From: Octopus sinensis
Taxonomy: Eukaryota
Length of the DNA: 64,000 nucleotides
Direction: 5' to 3'
Assembly (NCBI RefSeq): GCF_006345805.1
Contig: NC_043021.1
Location: 17,670,001-17,734,000, forward strand
Position 1 is the first letter of the stretch, and each line of letters begins with the position of its first letter. Made by a program: the position numbers and the translations under genes. The notes under the pieces were generated by a model that made no database searches, was not told the DNA's origin, and saw nothing but the letters and a program-made list of their open reading frames with translations. This document shows, one piece after another, positions 1 to 13,783 of this stretch.

Positions 1-69
1 GTCGACAAAAAAAAAAAAAAAAACAACCTACACTGAACTAAATATGTTGCAAGAGAAATAACATGTCTT

Positions 70-138
70 ACATATATATACAGTTTATATATACACACAC
101 ACATATATATATATACATACATATATATATATATATAT

Positions 139-169
<31 letters not shown>

Positions 170-190
170 TTATATATTCATATATACACA
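70..190. repeat. (TA)n/(CA)n compound microsatellite
   Basis: Direct inspection. Confidence 0.9.
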
Positions 191-254
191 GGGTTTGTTC
201 AGAATTTGTTTTCTGTTTTTTGTTTTTGTTTTTGGGTTTTTTTTTTTTTAAACA

Positions 255-306
255 TTTATTTCCCCAGTTTTATAAACACATTGCTGCAATTGGAGGTTTT
301 TTTATT
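255..306 (-). promoter_or_regulatory. Candidate distal polyadenylation signals (AATAAA at 255-260 and 301-306)
   Basis: Two minus-strand AATAAA hexamers upstream of an A-rich run; use is not demonstrable from sequence. Confidence 0.2.
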
Positions 307-3300
307 CACTGAAACTGTGAATGCTGTTGAGTTATATAGATTTTTGGGGTTTGTTGATTTCATAGATCACTTCTCTCAATATATAAAAAAAATATATATA
401 TATTTTGTTGTTTGAAGACAGACAGCATGTAGCAAGGTCCAGTTCAAGGAAGGGGATAAAAAAAAAAAGAAAAAAAAAAGGAGAAACTGGACACAAAAAG
501 GGATCTTTGAGGCAATCGTACAAGCTTCAACGTATCCATGTGGTTGAGCAGGGTTTGTTGGTTTTTTTTTTAATTAGTTCAGCTGACAACCTGGGGGAGG
601 CAAGAGGTCACAGCTTTGAAACGAAGGGATGACTGGATGACATATGTAAGGAAGGAATGCAGGAATGAAATTGGAAGAGAAAGGGCAGAAAAAAAAAATG
701 TAAAACCCCATCAATGGGAAAACCCCAGAAATGATGTGAATAATATGTGAGTGAGTGAGTGAGTGTGTGTGTGTGTTATACAAGGGGCAGTAAGTTTCCA
801 TTAACATTGTCAGCTTTGTCGGTATGCAAGGAAATGCGAGTTTCTGCTTACAAATGCATTTACAAAAGAAAGAAAGAATTCCCAAACAACACCATTCCGT
901 GACTGGAACCAGCAATAAACAATAGAAATCTGAAGATATAGAATTCCCCATAAGACTAGAACTCTGATAAATCCATCTTTATGTTGCAACTAGAGAAGAA
1001 CCAAACACCTGGCGGTGATTGGCACCTATATTCCATTAAAAGATGGCTTGTAAACAACTAGCTACCTTACAACAAATGTAGACACCTCATCTGATCCAGT
1101 GAAGTCACAACACAGCACAGGTTTTCATTGTCAGTATTAAAATAGTATTAAAACAGGACGAACCTTTATCAAAGATATGTAGAAGGGAGATGGGGAAATA
1201 AATAAAAACTGCTAAAGCTAAAATTATTCCCAGGAAGAAGAAGAATTATTTTAAGTTACAATTTTTTTAGTTTTTTTTCCTTTCTTTTTTTTCTTTTTTC
1301 TTTCTTTTCTTTTCTTTTTTTTTAGACAATAAAACCTCAGCTTAAGAATTAATGCAAAGTCAAGAAGTAAATCCAAAGGTCCGACTCCACTTTGCAAGGA
1401 ATAACATAAAATGGTAAATTCCATGGTTTATATTGAAAAACATTAAATCTTCCAATTTGAAGATGAAGAATTCACGGTGAATCCTAAATAATAAAAAAAA
1501 AGGATTCACCATTTCTAAGTCACTGGCATGGTTGTAATAGTGTCTTCATCATAGAATGTATAATGTGAACATCTGAAACAGCAAAGAATTGACCGATGCC
1601 AGAGAGTCAAGTCTTTGAAATCATAACATGAAGGGTTGTTCTGAAACAGATAATAGCAACATCACCTTATATTTGGAAATGGTGTGGGGAAGAGTTTCTT
1701 TCTATTTCAGGTGGGATGTGGTAGAAGTAAGGTACATTTAGGGGGTAGACAGTGTGTGGCTGCCATGAACACATACTGTCACCTCTTTTAAGGCCCTCAT
1801 TGAGGGTGCAATACAAGGAAATTGGCACAACAACATTGTGGGGGGGGGGGTGGGAATGAAGGACATATGGTTGGGTGGATGTTCCGGTTTTTTTTTCTAT
1901 TTATTTGGGGGTTTTTTTTTCCTTTTAGTGCCAGGTAAACAATTATGAGCAGGCCTGTTGGTGTGTGGTTTCTGAAGGAGTATAAACCATAAACCCTAAG
2001 AGGTACTTTACATAAAACAAGTCTTATTATTGGTTGTGATGACACAGAGGTATGTGTGTGTGTGTGTGTTAGATGAGAGGAGGTGGCAAGTATGAACTAA
2101 AGTAAACACTTTAAGTGTAAAGGATCATTGAAAAAAGAGAAATAAACGTTGGGTTTGTTTAGAAGTGGGGGTCAATGTAAAGAAGAAGGGAGGGTGTGGA
2201 GGTGGGGGTAACTGAAATGAACAGCAGCAGCTAATAAAAAAAAAAAATAAAACAATTGTTAGGAGGGAGGGAGGGAGAGAGAAAGAGTGTAATATTTAAG
2301 AATATATAAAAAAAAAAATAGAAGTGTGGGGGACAGATTCCCTCGTAATGACGGGGGGTGGGGGTGTTAAGATGTAGGTGTGAAAACCATCTAAAATATG
2401 TTTTAACATGAAACAGTAGTGTTGTTGTTGTTGCTGTTTTACCTGTAATCTCCACTGAAGACTTCCACAATGAGTGAGATCTTGATCATCAAAGATCAAA
2501 TAGAGCTGGGGGCATGGGGACACACGGACACACACAGTGACGAGCCAACAAAGGTGTCTCTACACAGTCACTCAATTTGCTATAAATAACAGCTAACATT
2601 CTCGCACATCACACCCTACTGCCTTCAGAAGGCTGAACACATTGAACTGAACAATAAATATAGTTACTGATATACAAATAAATGGAATGGTCATGGCTGG
2701 AACACACTTCATCATAGATCTATTCCTTCTGGCACAGAACTGACCAGGGGCTAAACTAGGACCTACAGTAGAACATAAGCAAATTTACTGAGCTAAGATA
2801 TTCAAATAATAATAATAAATTTTGAGGGGAAGGGCTAGTTGATACCATGGCACTTGATTGATACTTTATTTTAACTCCCCCCAGGAAAGATGAAAGGCAA
2901 AGTTTTCCTCCGTGAAATTTGAACCCAGAATGTAAACCATTAAAGTAGTGGTGTTTTTTTTTACACTACATTGGACACATATTGGTAGGAGACAACACTA
3001 TTTTCTAGACTGGATCCAGGGCCAATGCTTCTGAGGAATTATAACTGACCCCACTATGTTAATCTGGTCCTTATTTTATTGATGTCCTGGGCAAGACAAT
3101 CTACATCTAGAAATGAAACTCCAGCTTGGGAGTTCAGGAGTTTTGGGGAGTAGAGTTACTCTTTAATCAACACTACCCCTAAGATTTGATGTGGCCCAGA
3201 TCAGTAGCAGCACCTGTCAAGGGCCCCATTAAGGAGCCAAATAGCAGCAAATGGTCCTGTGACTAAAGCATATAGGACTTAGAGGAGACTGTTGGACCCT

Positions 3301-3330
3301 AGACGGGTATCACTCAGGCCCACCAGTGTG

Positions 3331-3424
3331 AGGACATGCCCAGCCTAAGGATTAAATAGGCCCTGTGCCTCAAGGGTAGGACATGCCCAGCCTGAGGATA
3401 AAATAGGCCCTGTGCCTCAAGGGT
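3331..3424. repeat. 47-bp tandem duplication (AGGACATGCCCAGCCTRAGGATWAAATAGGCCCTGTGCCTCAAGGGT x2)
   Basis: Two adjacent copies at 3331 and 3378 with 2 differences. Confidence 0.9.
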
Positions 3425-5789
3425 AGGCTAAAGAGGACAGGGGACCAGCAGAATAAACAAAACAGCATTGGGAAACTACAAGTGTACCTTTCCCAAGATT
3501 TTGACATGGAGGGCCCTGACTGCTGATACCTGTAGGCGTTGTACCTGAAGAGAAAGGATCTCATTGAGGTTTTAAGGTAAGCTAATAATGGCGAGAAGAG
3601 TGGAATCAAGTAGTATGAGGTACTTTTTGTTCAATGCATCGATTCTACCATTCCACAGACATACAGGCACACATCTAACAGGCTTCTACAGTCTTCATCT
3701 TAAAAATATAGTCAACTGACCACACAACCATATATACACACATTTCCTACTATATATCCCATACACATTATGAGCTATACATACACACATCATAAATTAT
3801 CACACATACACAAAGAACACAGTGGAGAAAAAAAGTTATTTAGTAAACAGCCTATCATGTAGGAGTTCTAAAGTGTTACATATTGATGTCTGTTGTGTAT
3901 TAGGGTGTGTGTGTGGTGTTGATATTACTTGTAGACTACTTGTCCAGTTTTTCTGTTGAGGTGGGGAGTGGGGGGTCATCATGAGAACATTTTTTGCATA
4001 GCTCTAAATGAAAGGTTTTCAAAAATGAGGAATTAAAAAAAAAAAAGAAAAGAGGCAACAGACCACGCACACATACACACAAATATTAACACAACAAAAT
4101 AATAATAATAATAATGATGATGATGATTATGACAATGATATTGGTAAGTTAGTGATGGTAGTGATGATCGTGAAATATGATGCGGGGGTGGGGTGGAGGC
4201 TGGTGGTAAAAATGTTGGTGGAGGTGTCGAGTCTGTTGTTGTTAGATGTCAAAAAGGAGAAGAGGTTCTAATAAATGACCAGTAACAATAGTAGAACAAA
4301 CAGCAACCCGCGGCTGCAAACAAAACAGCCCCAAGTTCCGGTGATATTTCCGCCAACACTGTGAGATGAAAATTGTTTTCCACAAGAGAAGAATATCATA
4401 GCATTTTTTCTTTGAAAACTCTTCTTTCAATCTGTTTTGGTTAAATTTTCTTTCCCCCAGATTTTCTTTAGAATTTAATTAAATTTTAAAAAAAATTTCT
4501 GTGCAATGTTTTGGTTTTTTTTTTGTTTTGCTTTGTTTGTTTTGTATTTCGTTTGTTTGTGTGTGATTGTTTTTATTAATTTTACTTTCCATAAGTTTTT
4601 TTTTATCTTTTGGCTGTTTGTAGGTTGTTACATCCTTAATTACCTACATTTTGGTTTGTTTTGTTATTTTTTTTTTATAATTATAATACTAATGAAAAAT
4701 AACAACAGCAACTGTTTTTTTTTTTTAATTATACAAAATGTAAATAATAATAATAATAATTATAATTATTGTTATTATCATTATTATTATTATTATCATT
4801 ATTATTATGTTGATAATGATGCTTTCCTTTTTTTCTTTATATTTAATTTTTGTTTTTGTTTTTTTTTGCTTCAAATTGTTTAAATACAAGTTTGTTGGTT
4901 AATTTTCTTCCGTACAGAGCAGGAAAAGGAAGGTGGAGCGCGAAGATGAGAAATTTTCAAATTTGGGAGGATAAAAGAGAGCAAGAGAGGGGGAGAGAGA
5001 GAGGTGGGAGGAAGAGATAGTGATAAAGAAATATGTTAAACCGTGAGAACAACAGAGATAATTCATAATTTTCGTATTTCTCTCCCTTGAATAACATTAG
5101 ATCCAACTTTGTAGAAGTTTCAGTGTTTTTTCTTATTATTATAATTATATGTCTGCATATGTTTGAATGATGAAAACTGTATGTTGGGTGTTTATATTCT
5201 GAAACCTAAACATTCTAGTTTAGGCCTCTTTCTGTTTTTGTTTTTCCCCCTTTGTTCTTGTTTTTTTTGGGGTTTTTTAAAAATTTTATTTTTTTCAATG
5301 AGAAAAATAAAACCCCGGAAGGATGTAATGAAACAAAGCAGTCCTCTCTTTTTTTTTTTTTTCTAATAGTTTTCTCCTCCTTTCTTCCTCTCTTTTTGAA
5401 ATCCAGAGATCAGAAATAACAGCTACAAGCAGGAGAAGCCTTTATTTCATTGAGTGGCTTCTGTGGTCGAATAAAATATCCAAGGGCCAGCAACCTGTGT
5501 TGTGTTTAATGAATTGTCAGCATTAGTAGTTGTTGTAGTAGTAGTAGTAACAGCAGCAGCAAAAGACAATATCTAGTAGTAGTAGTAGTGGTAGTGGTGA
5601 AAATCACAAGAAGTAAAACGAAGATATTTTCATGGTGTGTAATTAGTGTACAACATTCCTTAACTATTTAGTGTAAGATGTTCGTTAATTCTTGCTCTCA
5701 AAACCCATCAATGTTAATTCATTGAGAAAATGTGGGAAGAATTAGTGACAGCAGCACAGTTTTAGCACACACTAAGTATATGTGTGTTA

Positions 5790-5790
5790 T

Positions 5791-5882
<92 letters not shown>

Positions 5883-5886
5883 TATA
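5790..5886. repeat. (CA)n(TA)n microsatellite
   Basis: Direct inspection. Confidence 0.9.
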
Positions 5887-6063
5887 TTTTTGAGATAATG
5901 TAAACTGGATTAAAATGTTTCCAAAACCACCGGAACAAACGAGAAAAACCTGTCAGGAAAAGATCGGGAACAAAATAGGAAACACCTAAGTTTACTCCAA
6001 TAAAAAAATAATCTCAGGGCTTCTTAATATAGAACTGAGAGGGGAGAAAGTATAATTATATAT

Positions 6064-6112
<49 letters not shown>

Positions 6113-7001
6113 TATATACACATACATATATATAAATATACATATAGCTTACATACACACTCACATATGATCACTCAGAGTTTCTCGACTTTTGAACACT
6201 GCGATCAACTGACCATTTTGTAATGGAACTATAGTCGGCCTTAATAAAAATAACATCAATGTATGTGTGCGTATGCACGTGTGTATACACATATTACACA
6301 GAAACGCACACATACATACATACATACACACACTGGTTCTTTGAAGTCTGTAGCAGGAATGGTAAAGGAGTATTTAATATTATTTGAAGTTATTGCATAG
6401 CCAGGAATGGTAGAGATGTTTTCTACTTTCTTTGGTTTCAATAGAGGACAGCGCTGACACTGGCATTCACAAACTCATAGCCTTAAACTTCTCATATGAA
6501 ACATTTATACAGGAAAATATACAAACTGTTCCTTTATATTGGAGTTGACTGATTCCAAGACTAGAAGGGAGGTTAATTCAATGTTATATTGTTAGATTAA
6601 ATAGCCACATTTTGACAGAAATTAACCAAAAAACTAAAGAAAAAAATAACTATATAAAGAAAAATAAATAAAACAAAAATAGTTTGGTTGTTTTTTTTTT
6701 TTTTTCAATATTTATTTTTAATGTTGAAATTTAGTTATTCAAGTCTTTTAAACAATATAAATTAAAACTGAAATCTAGCAGTGAGAAAATTTAAATGTTT
6801 AAACTCATAATCTTATGGTAGCTATTGGTTGTTTTGTTTTGTTTTTGTTTCAAGGTTTTTATGTTCATCCATTCTCTCAACTATCAAAATTATTAAGTAT
6901 TATAGAATCAAAAATGAAGTGGTTTAGTCTGTATATGTAGTCACACACACATATACACACATTACCTATATACGTGTGTATTCACACACACACATTCTTA
7001 C

Positions 7002-7039
<38 letters not shown>

Positions 7040-9090
7040 CCTACATATATGTATGCCTTATAAACAACATGAGGATATTTAAAACTCTTTAAATAAAGAG
7101 AGGCACATAAGTTAGGTTTTGAGGTTTTTCTTAAAAAATAACTTTTTCTCCATCTTGTAGACGGAGGAGGGGGGAAGGGGTTCTTCTTCTTTACATTAAA
7201 TCTTCCGTAAGTAAATTTGTCCACAGCCAACCCTGATATCTAAACAGAAATTTGTCAAATATGAAGGCACTCGATAATTACAACCTATCACCTCTCACTC
7301 TCTCTCACTCGTTCACCTAGAGCTATATTATTGTCAGTTCTGAGTTTGATGTTTGTGTTGGGGTCCAGGGGGAGAGGCTAAGAATCGCCCACCTTTTTTT
7401 GCCATTATATTCGTTTCCAAGTATTCTAAGAAAGAAAAAAAAAATTCCTCAGATTTGTTGAGACCTACAACAAGCATTCAGTTGTGGTTCAGATTTATTA
7501 TGTTCCCGCTAATTTAAGGATGTAGGATGTGGAGTAAACAGTACAAGGGATAGAACAACAGCCCCTTCATCGGTAAAATCTCTCTGCTGGCCCACTACAA
7601 ATCTCAAAGTTCCTGATACCATTTTTCGTGTTACTATGATAGCAATCTAAAACTAACTGCACACACAAGTGCAGCTGTTTTCTTACTAAATGCATTTTGA
7701 GTGTTCACTCACACTCAGAACAAAATATCTCAACAAAAGATGAAGCTATTCAATAATTCTGTGGCCCTGTTTGGATAAACTACAAGAATATGGTCTCTAT
7801 GGAATGCAACTACAAGCTTACATATACAAAATAGGGTCAGTTTGTATATATAAAAAAAAAATGAATTCAGTAAAAATTTTTTGCAAGAGAATATTTGCCA
7901 CAATGGAAGTTGGGAAATGTTACAGCAGTTTAAATTCCAGTTTGTATTATGTAAAATAACACATAAATTGCCAACACAATGAATACTGAGTGAATGAGGA
8001 GTGATTGAGCAGAGGTGACTGAGCTTTTAGTTCAGACACAGCATTTTAATATCAAGCAAAGAGGGCAGTGTTTTAATCTTCCTTGTCATCAGACCCATCG
8101 TGGAACAAACCTAGGATGGGTGGAGTACTTCTTTAAGAAAGTCAAAAACTAAATGTGATCCGACCAGCTAATTGTTATGATATTCATCATCAAGTTTAAT
8201 CATGTTGAAATGCAAACAGCATGATGATGTTTTCATGTTGTGTTAGTCATATATCCATGCTGATGGTTGCTGATGGAGAATAAGTAATGGTTGTGTGGTG
8301 GGGGAATGGAATGACTTGTGTGCTTCCAAGAGAAGGATAAAGAAAGGAACAGGTTTAACAATAAGAAGGCATAGTGATATTGTTACCCTCTTAACTTTGC
8401 ACTATTGTTGTCCTCTATACTTTGTGATATTGTTGCCCAGTGTAGGTTTGCATAGCTTTTGAGATGTCCATCACAACTGATAAAATTGATATCAAACTTT
8501 AGACTAAAGATTTTGTTAAGCCATCAAGGTGAATTACAACAAATAACATGGGCTGTTGACATATGTGTTTATGATCCTTTATCAACGAGATGACGAGGCA
8601 AGAGACAAGGCACAAACAAGTCAGCTGTCACAACAAAACCTTAATCAGTTTTTTTCTCAGGGGATTTCAAAGAGTAAATACAAGATTAGGGTCTGGAAAA
8701 ATTAAGGAGCAATATTGTCATATGAAATTTAACCAGCTCCACTCATAGTTTACACTATAAAAATTTCTTTGTTCTAAAAACTGATATTTTCCTAGAAACA
8801 GATGGGTTACGTGATATGGGTCAATGATTAAAGAACCAAATTGATATAATTACATTTTTAAAAATCATAACTGCGCTTCTTGAAGTAGGATTTACATAAT
8901 GTTGGGGTTTAGGATTGAAAGGACTGTTTTGGTTTGGAATTCAGGCAGAAGTTGGATTAGTCATTATCTGAAATTCAAATTCTGTCTAAACTAAAAGGAA
9001 GAACTATTCCCATTTTAAAATCATTAGACATTTACTGTGATATAAATAAAACTTTAAGGATTAAAAAGAAACTTTTTTTTTTTTTACATT

Positions 9091-9096
9091 TTTATT
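9091..9096 (-). promoter_or_regulatory. Candidate proximal polyadenylation signal AATAAA
   Basis: tttatt on + strand about 1.3 kb past the stop, preceded on the minus strand by U-rich TGTA-containing sequence; AATAAA is common in AT-rich DNA. Confidence 0.35.
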
Positions 9097-9375
9097 TCAC
9101 TTCTTCAAGAATCAAAACCTAAGTTTAAAAAATTTTAGAGGTATGATACATAAAAAATAATTGAACTTTCCTATTTGATTTCACTGAGCAACAGCAAGAA
9201 TATTTATAACAAAATGTACAAAAGAAAATGTATGGTGATGAAAATTACATTTTCCAGTTACATAAGAAATAACTGATTATCAAACCTTAGCTATAGGAGT
9301 TAACTCCCTTCCTCAACACATTTAACTTCAAATGTCTCCCACCCTAAAGAGCTTTGATCATATCTGACTGACCTC

Positions 9376-9414
<39 letters not shown>

Positions 9415-10417
9415 CATTTCAATTATCGTGAAGAAGAATGTACTGTAGGGTGGTTAGAAGTGAAAAAACCCCTAAAATAATGGGAATATGTGTGTGAATG
9501 TGTAGGGTAGGAAAAAATAATGGAGTACCAAATATTAAGCAGTAAAGAATAAAAATTGGTAAAGATAGCAGAAAGATAAAAATTAGGAAATAATTGGAAC
9601 AAAATATTAAATAAAATGATTGACTGAATATGATAACGAAAGTGATGGGGATTCAATGGAGATGAATGTATCGACCCAGGAATAATTAAAACTAATGGTG
9701 GATTTATTCCAACTATCAGGAAAACTGTTGTTTGTTGGTTGAAAATTCTTATGATGGGAACCAAGTATATATATATATATAAGACACACACACACATACA
9801 TACACACGTGCGTGCACAGACACACACACATACATACATACAGTTGGCTTGTGATTCCTGCTAAAACTTCAGACACAACCGGGCATGAAGCAAAATGGAA
9901 AGTAGGAGAAAAAATTGTTAGTAATTGTTTTTCTTTTTTAAAAAAAAGAGATGAGATGTTGGAATTGAGGGGAGGGGGGAAACAATATTTTTTTTTTATC
10001 TTTTAAAAAATGAAAGATTGTAATATGAAGAAATATTTGTACACATTTACAGATCAACTGTTGCAGGTGCTGTCACTAAGTTACCACATTGCACAATTGG
10101 CAGGGGGAGGAGAGAACAAGACAAACTTTAGATTCACTAGCAACAGGTACACCCTTAAAAAATACCAACAACTGGAATCATTGTGTCGGTAGGGTACTGT
10201 TGCTTTCCCTTTCTAACGGCTCTGTCTATTATATAATAATAATAATATTAATAATAATAACAATAATGTTTTCGAGGGATCGGGAAATTTCAGTGTAAAA
10301 CTGCTGCTCGTTTGAGTATTATTCTTAGCCCTCTTGGATTCTGCTCAAAGTAGCTTGTCTTCAGAGTTTCTTCATCTTCTTCTTACGCCGCTTCTTCCTC
10401 CTCCTGCCGATACTATG

Positions 10418-10550
10418 TCATACAAATGCATTAACTGCATGGTACATCTGCATCAACATAACAAAGTGCACAGGCAAACATGACTGGCGGTCATTTTTTA
10501 CTGGGTCCATGGTCAACCAGGACAAGGCATTGTAGTTTTCCAAAACAAAT
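10418..10550 (-). CDS. MED13: MED13 last coding exon ([16 protein letters not shown]...[21 protein letters not shown])
   Basis: TTTTCTAG|A acceptor; TGA stop at 10420-10418; canonical MED13 C-terminus. Confidence 0.96.
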
Positions 10551-10764
10551 CTAGAAAAAATAACAAAATACAATAGAATTTTAGATGAGGAAAAAGAATA
10601 AAACGACTTAGCAATCAAAATAGAAACTTCAAAACATTTCACATTTAGAATGACTTAAGAAAATCAAAGATTCTTTTAAAGCAGAAAAATATGATTCTCG
10701 ATTTATTAAGGCAAGCAAAAAGGCAGAAGGAAGCTGTAATTCTTCAGAAATGGTTGAAACTTAC

Positions 10765-10877
10765 CTCAAAACATCACAGGTTAGATTCGAATCAAGGGGG
10801 TGAATGTTTCTACTATGTGTTGACTGAAGGGGAAGAGGATCATCTTGTTTTGATGAACAGTGTGTGTGAAGTGCAGC
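10765..10877 (-). CDS. MED13: MED13 penultimate exon (AALHTHC...HPLDSNLTCDVLR), 113 nt
   Basis: GTTGCAG|GCT acceptor, GAG|GTAAGT donor; HPLDS..T.DVLR motif. Confidence 0.95.
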
Positions 10878-11562
10878 CTGCAACATAATTAGAAGCACAT
10901 TAGCAATCAAGTATTAGGGTCTAATGAAAAACATACCAACAAAAATCCTGGAGAGAACAACTAGAAATCCCTAAGTATCAAACATGAATTTTTATAAAAA
11001 CATCTAAAAACTATAGAATTTTAAAATGCCTGTTCAGTGAGTTAATCTTAACTATGTTAAAATGTAAAGAGCAATCAATTTGGAATCAAAGACTAATGAA
11101 AGAATCCCCATAAAATTTATCTTCCAATACCAGCTCAGATGTCAAGAGATTACAGAGAAAATATTAATTAGTCATTAACAAAAAAAGATATTAATTAAAC
11201 AAAAGTAACAATCAGACCTCCCACTTTCAATTCTTGACTGAAATTAATAATATTTCTGACAGGTTTCAGAAGATAACATTATATGATAGGCACAGAAATG
11301 GCTGTATGGTTGAGAAGTTCCTTTGCAAGAACATGGTTCTTGGCTAAGTACCTTGTGCAATCGTTTTGGCCTAATCAATGTCTCAAGAATGACATTAGAA
11401 GCTGGAAACCAAATGGGAGCCCACCGTGTGGGTGGGTGGGTGTGTAAGTAAAAATTGTGATTTCTGTTTCTCACACAAGATCATTTAAATAGAAAAATAA
11501 AACAGTGCTGTATTTACAGTCTCAATGAAGATGACACTCCAAAGCTTAACACTCCTGAAGTA

Positions 11563-11905
11563 AAGGGTAAAGACCCCCTTCGGTCATGAGTGACCATGGG
11601 TTTGCACCTAGAGAGTTACCCTCTGAGGCACAAGTCTGGGCAAGGTTGTTTTATGGAAGACCAGTAGTCGCCCATGCATACCAGCCTCCCCTCTCCACGC
11701 CACCAGTGTTATCCGAGGGAAAGACAAAGGTCGATACAGCTTGGCATCAGTGATGTCGCAACTCATTTCTACAGCTGAGTGAACTGGAGCAACGTGAAAT
11801 AAAGTGTCTTGCTCAAGAACACAACACGCAGCCCGGTCCGGGATTCAAGCTCACAACCTCACGATCGTAAGCTCGACGCTCTAACCACTGAGCCATGCGC
11901 CTTCA
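11563..11905 (-). mobile_element. tRNA-headed SINE, family A (head GGCGCATGGCTCAGTGGTTAGAGCG; central TTCTTGAGCAAGACACTT, CORE-like)
   Basis: A- and B-box-like head, TGAAGTA target duplication, near-identical to copies at 22151 and 15655. Confidence 0.85.
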
Positions 11906-11924
11906 TGAAGTACACTATATAATA

Positions 11925-12165
11925 TAAAGACCCTTCTCGAGGCATATAGATTCATCGGACCAATTAGCACAATTTCCATGGTGCATATATTTCCCCCTGG
12001 GACAGGACACCTGTCCATTGCAGATGCTACTCATTTTTGCCAGCAGAATCGACTGGAACAACGTGAAATGAAGTGCTTTGCTCAAGAACACAATGCGCTG
12101 CCTGGTCCAGGAATTGAAACCACAATCTTATAAGCATGAGTCCACTAAGCCGTGCACCTCCACAT
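11925..12165 (-). mobile_element. tRNA-headed SINE sharing the family A central domain with a different tail
   Basis: ACTGGAACAACGTGAAATGAAGTGCTTTGCTCAAGAACACAA shared with copies at 25915, 34900 and 60490. Confidence 0.7.
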
Positions 12166-12594
12166 ATATATATATCACTCCAAATAGTGATATAAAAACT
12201 CCTTTGCTCCTAAAGCAGGAAAAGGTTAGCAACAATGAGAGCATCCAGTCATGAGAATGCTTATATTGTTACGAGAGAAAAATGAATGTAAAATAAAGGA
12301 AATTCTCAAAAGATTTCTTCAATCTTCATTTATAATGTAATACCATCATTTAACATCCATTTTCTATGCTGGTATGGATTGGAGAGTTCAACCAACAGAG
12401 TACTGCACCAAGCTCCAATTGTCTGCTTTGGAATGGTTTGTACAGCAGGATGCCTTTCCTGATGCCAACCACTTTACAGAGTGAAGTGTTTGGCGTTAGG
12501 AAAGGCATCAATAGTGGAAAGCATTTGAATTTCCTTTGAAAGTGTGAGAAGGACCAGACATTATAGTGAGAGACTGACCAAGAGAATAACTGAC

Positions 12595-12759
12595 CTTGAG
12601 TATATTTGGACACATGTTTTCAGCCTCAGGACATGCTGACCAGAACCACTTTGGTAGTGGTCCTGTGCTAGCTGTGGACACATAATAGCCCATTGCCAGA
12701 GGTTGTTGCAGCAATGTACCACCTTCCTCTTGAAGATCATTAGATGTGTTAACAGCTCC
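12595..12759 (-). CDS. MED13: MED13 exon ([29 protein letters not shown]...CPNILK), 165 nt
   Basis: GTTTCAG|GGA acceptor, AAG|GTCAGT donor. Confidence 0.95.
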
Positions 12760-12964
12760 CTGAAACAGAACACAAGAAAACAAAACAGGTCAACATCGAG
12801 CAGAAGACAACAAGACCAAGCTTGATTCTAACAAGACCATTAATGAGTCTACACCCATACATGGTACCATCACCACTCATACCACTTCACACCAACACGT
12901 TTTCAGTTTTAAAATTTACTAACAACAACCAGTTGTACTTAATTTTCATTTAACCATGTCAGGA

Positions 12965-13301
12965 CTTCCACTCAACTATCTTTAAAAAGCTTTTACTCAT
13001 CTATGTTGGAGCTTCCACTCGACTGTGACAGAGCCCCCACTCAACTGTGATGGAGCTCCCACTCAACTTATGACAGAACTTCCACTCAACTTATGACAGA
13101 ACTTCCACTCAACTTATGACAGAACTTCCACTCAATTTATGACAGAGCTCCCGCTCAACTTATGACAGAGCTCCCACTCAACTTATGACAGAGCTCCCAC
13201 TCAACTTATGACAGAGCTTCCACTCAACTGTGACACAGCTTCTACTCAACTGTGACAGAGCTTCCACTAAACTATCTTTAAAAAAAGGCTTTCACTCAAC
13301 T
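12965..13301. repeat. 22-23-bp minisatellite (CTYCCACTCAACTTATGACAGAG, about 11 copies) between two CTTCCACTMAACTATCTTTAAAAA copies
   Basis: Direct inspection. Confidence 0.9.
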
Positions 13302-13531
13302 ACTTCAAAAATTCCATTCCATATTCTAAACTTAATGTACGACACTTTAGAAGTAAAAAGTTTTGCAGAGAAACTAGAAAAGGAAAAACTGAGCAATCTC
13401 ACGTTAAAAGGTTTACTCAGGTGGGGACTGTTGAATGAAGAAATCAAAAAGTCTAGTGATAACATGTTTACATCTAAGAGAGTTCCTGACAACACAGACA
13501 CAGACGGTAACAAGGAAGAGCAAATACTTAC

Positions 13532-13783
13532 TGCTGATGGGACTCCCATCTTTGAAGGTGACTGACAGCCCTCATCTCCATGAATAAGAGAACCAGAAGC
13601 AGAGTTTTTATCATCGTTCATGGGGTTGATGAAGATGGAGAGAAGATCGTCCATTTCACATCCAATATCATCTCCAATGCCATCTTCTATAGCTGAGGGG
13701 AAGAGGGCATCTGTATTAAGGTCCCCTAGGTGGTAGGTAGGATCCATCGAATGCTCTCCACGATGGAGTGAGTGGTTACTGGC
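13532..13783 (-). CDS. MED13: MED13 acidic linker exon (ASNHSLH...DDLLSIF...SPSKMGVPSA), 252 nt
   Basis: GTTGCAG|GCC acceptor, GCA|GTAAGT donor; phase 0-0. Confidence 0.88.

Noticed and set aside
1-23. GTCGAC plus A-run as a cDNA or vector junction
   Set aside because: A-runs of this length are common throughout the window and the sequence is intron-containing genomic DNA
8200-8262. Pre-miRNA-like hairpin in the 3' region
   Set aside because: Only about 9 contiguous pairs; too weak to call
63-9876. Short ORFs rich in YI, CV, HT or F runs
   Set aside because: Translations of (TA)n, (CA)n and poly-T tracts; no domain or exon structure
13230-13565. 111-aa plus-strand ORF
   Set aside because: Starts in a minisatellite with a non-ATG codon and overlaps a MED13 exon antisense; no recognisable motif
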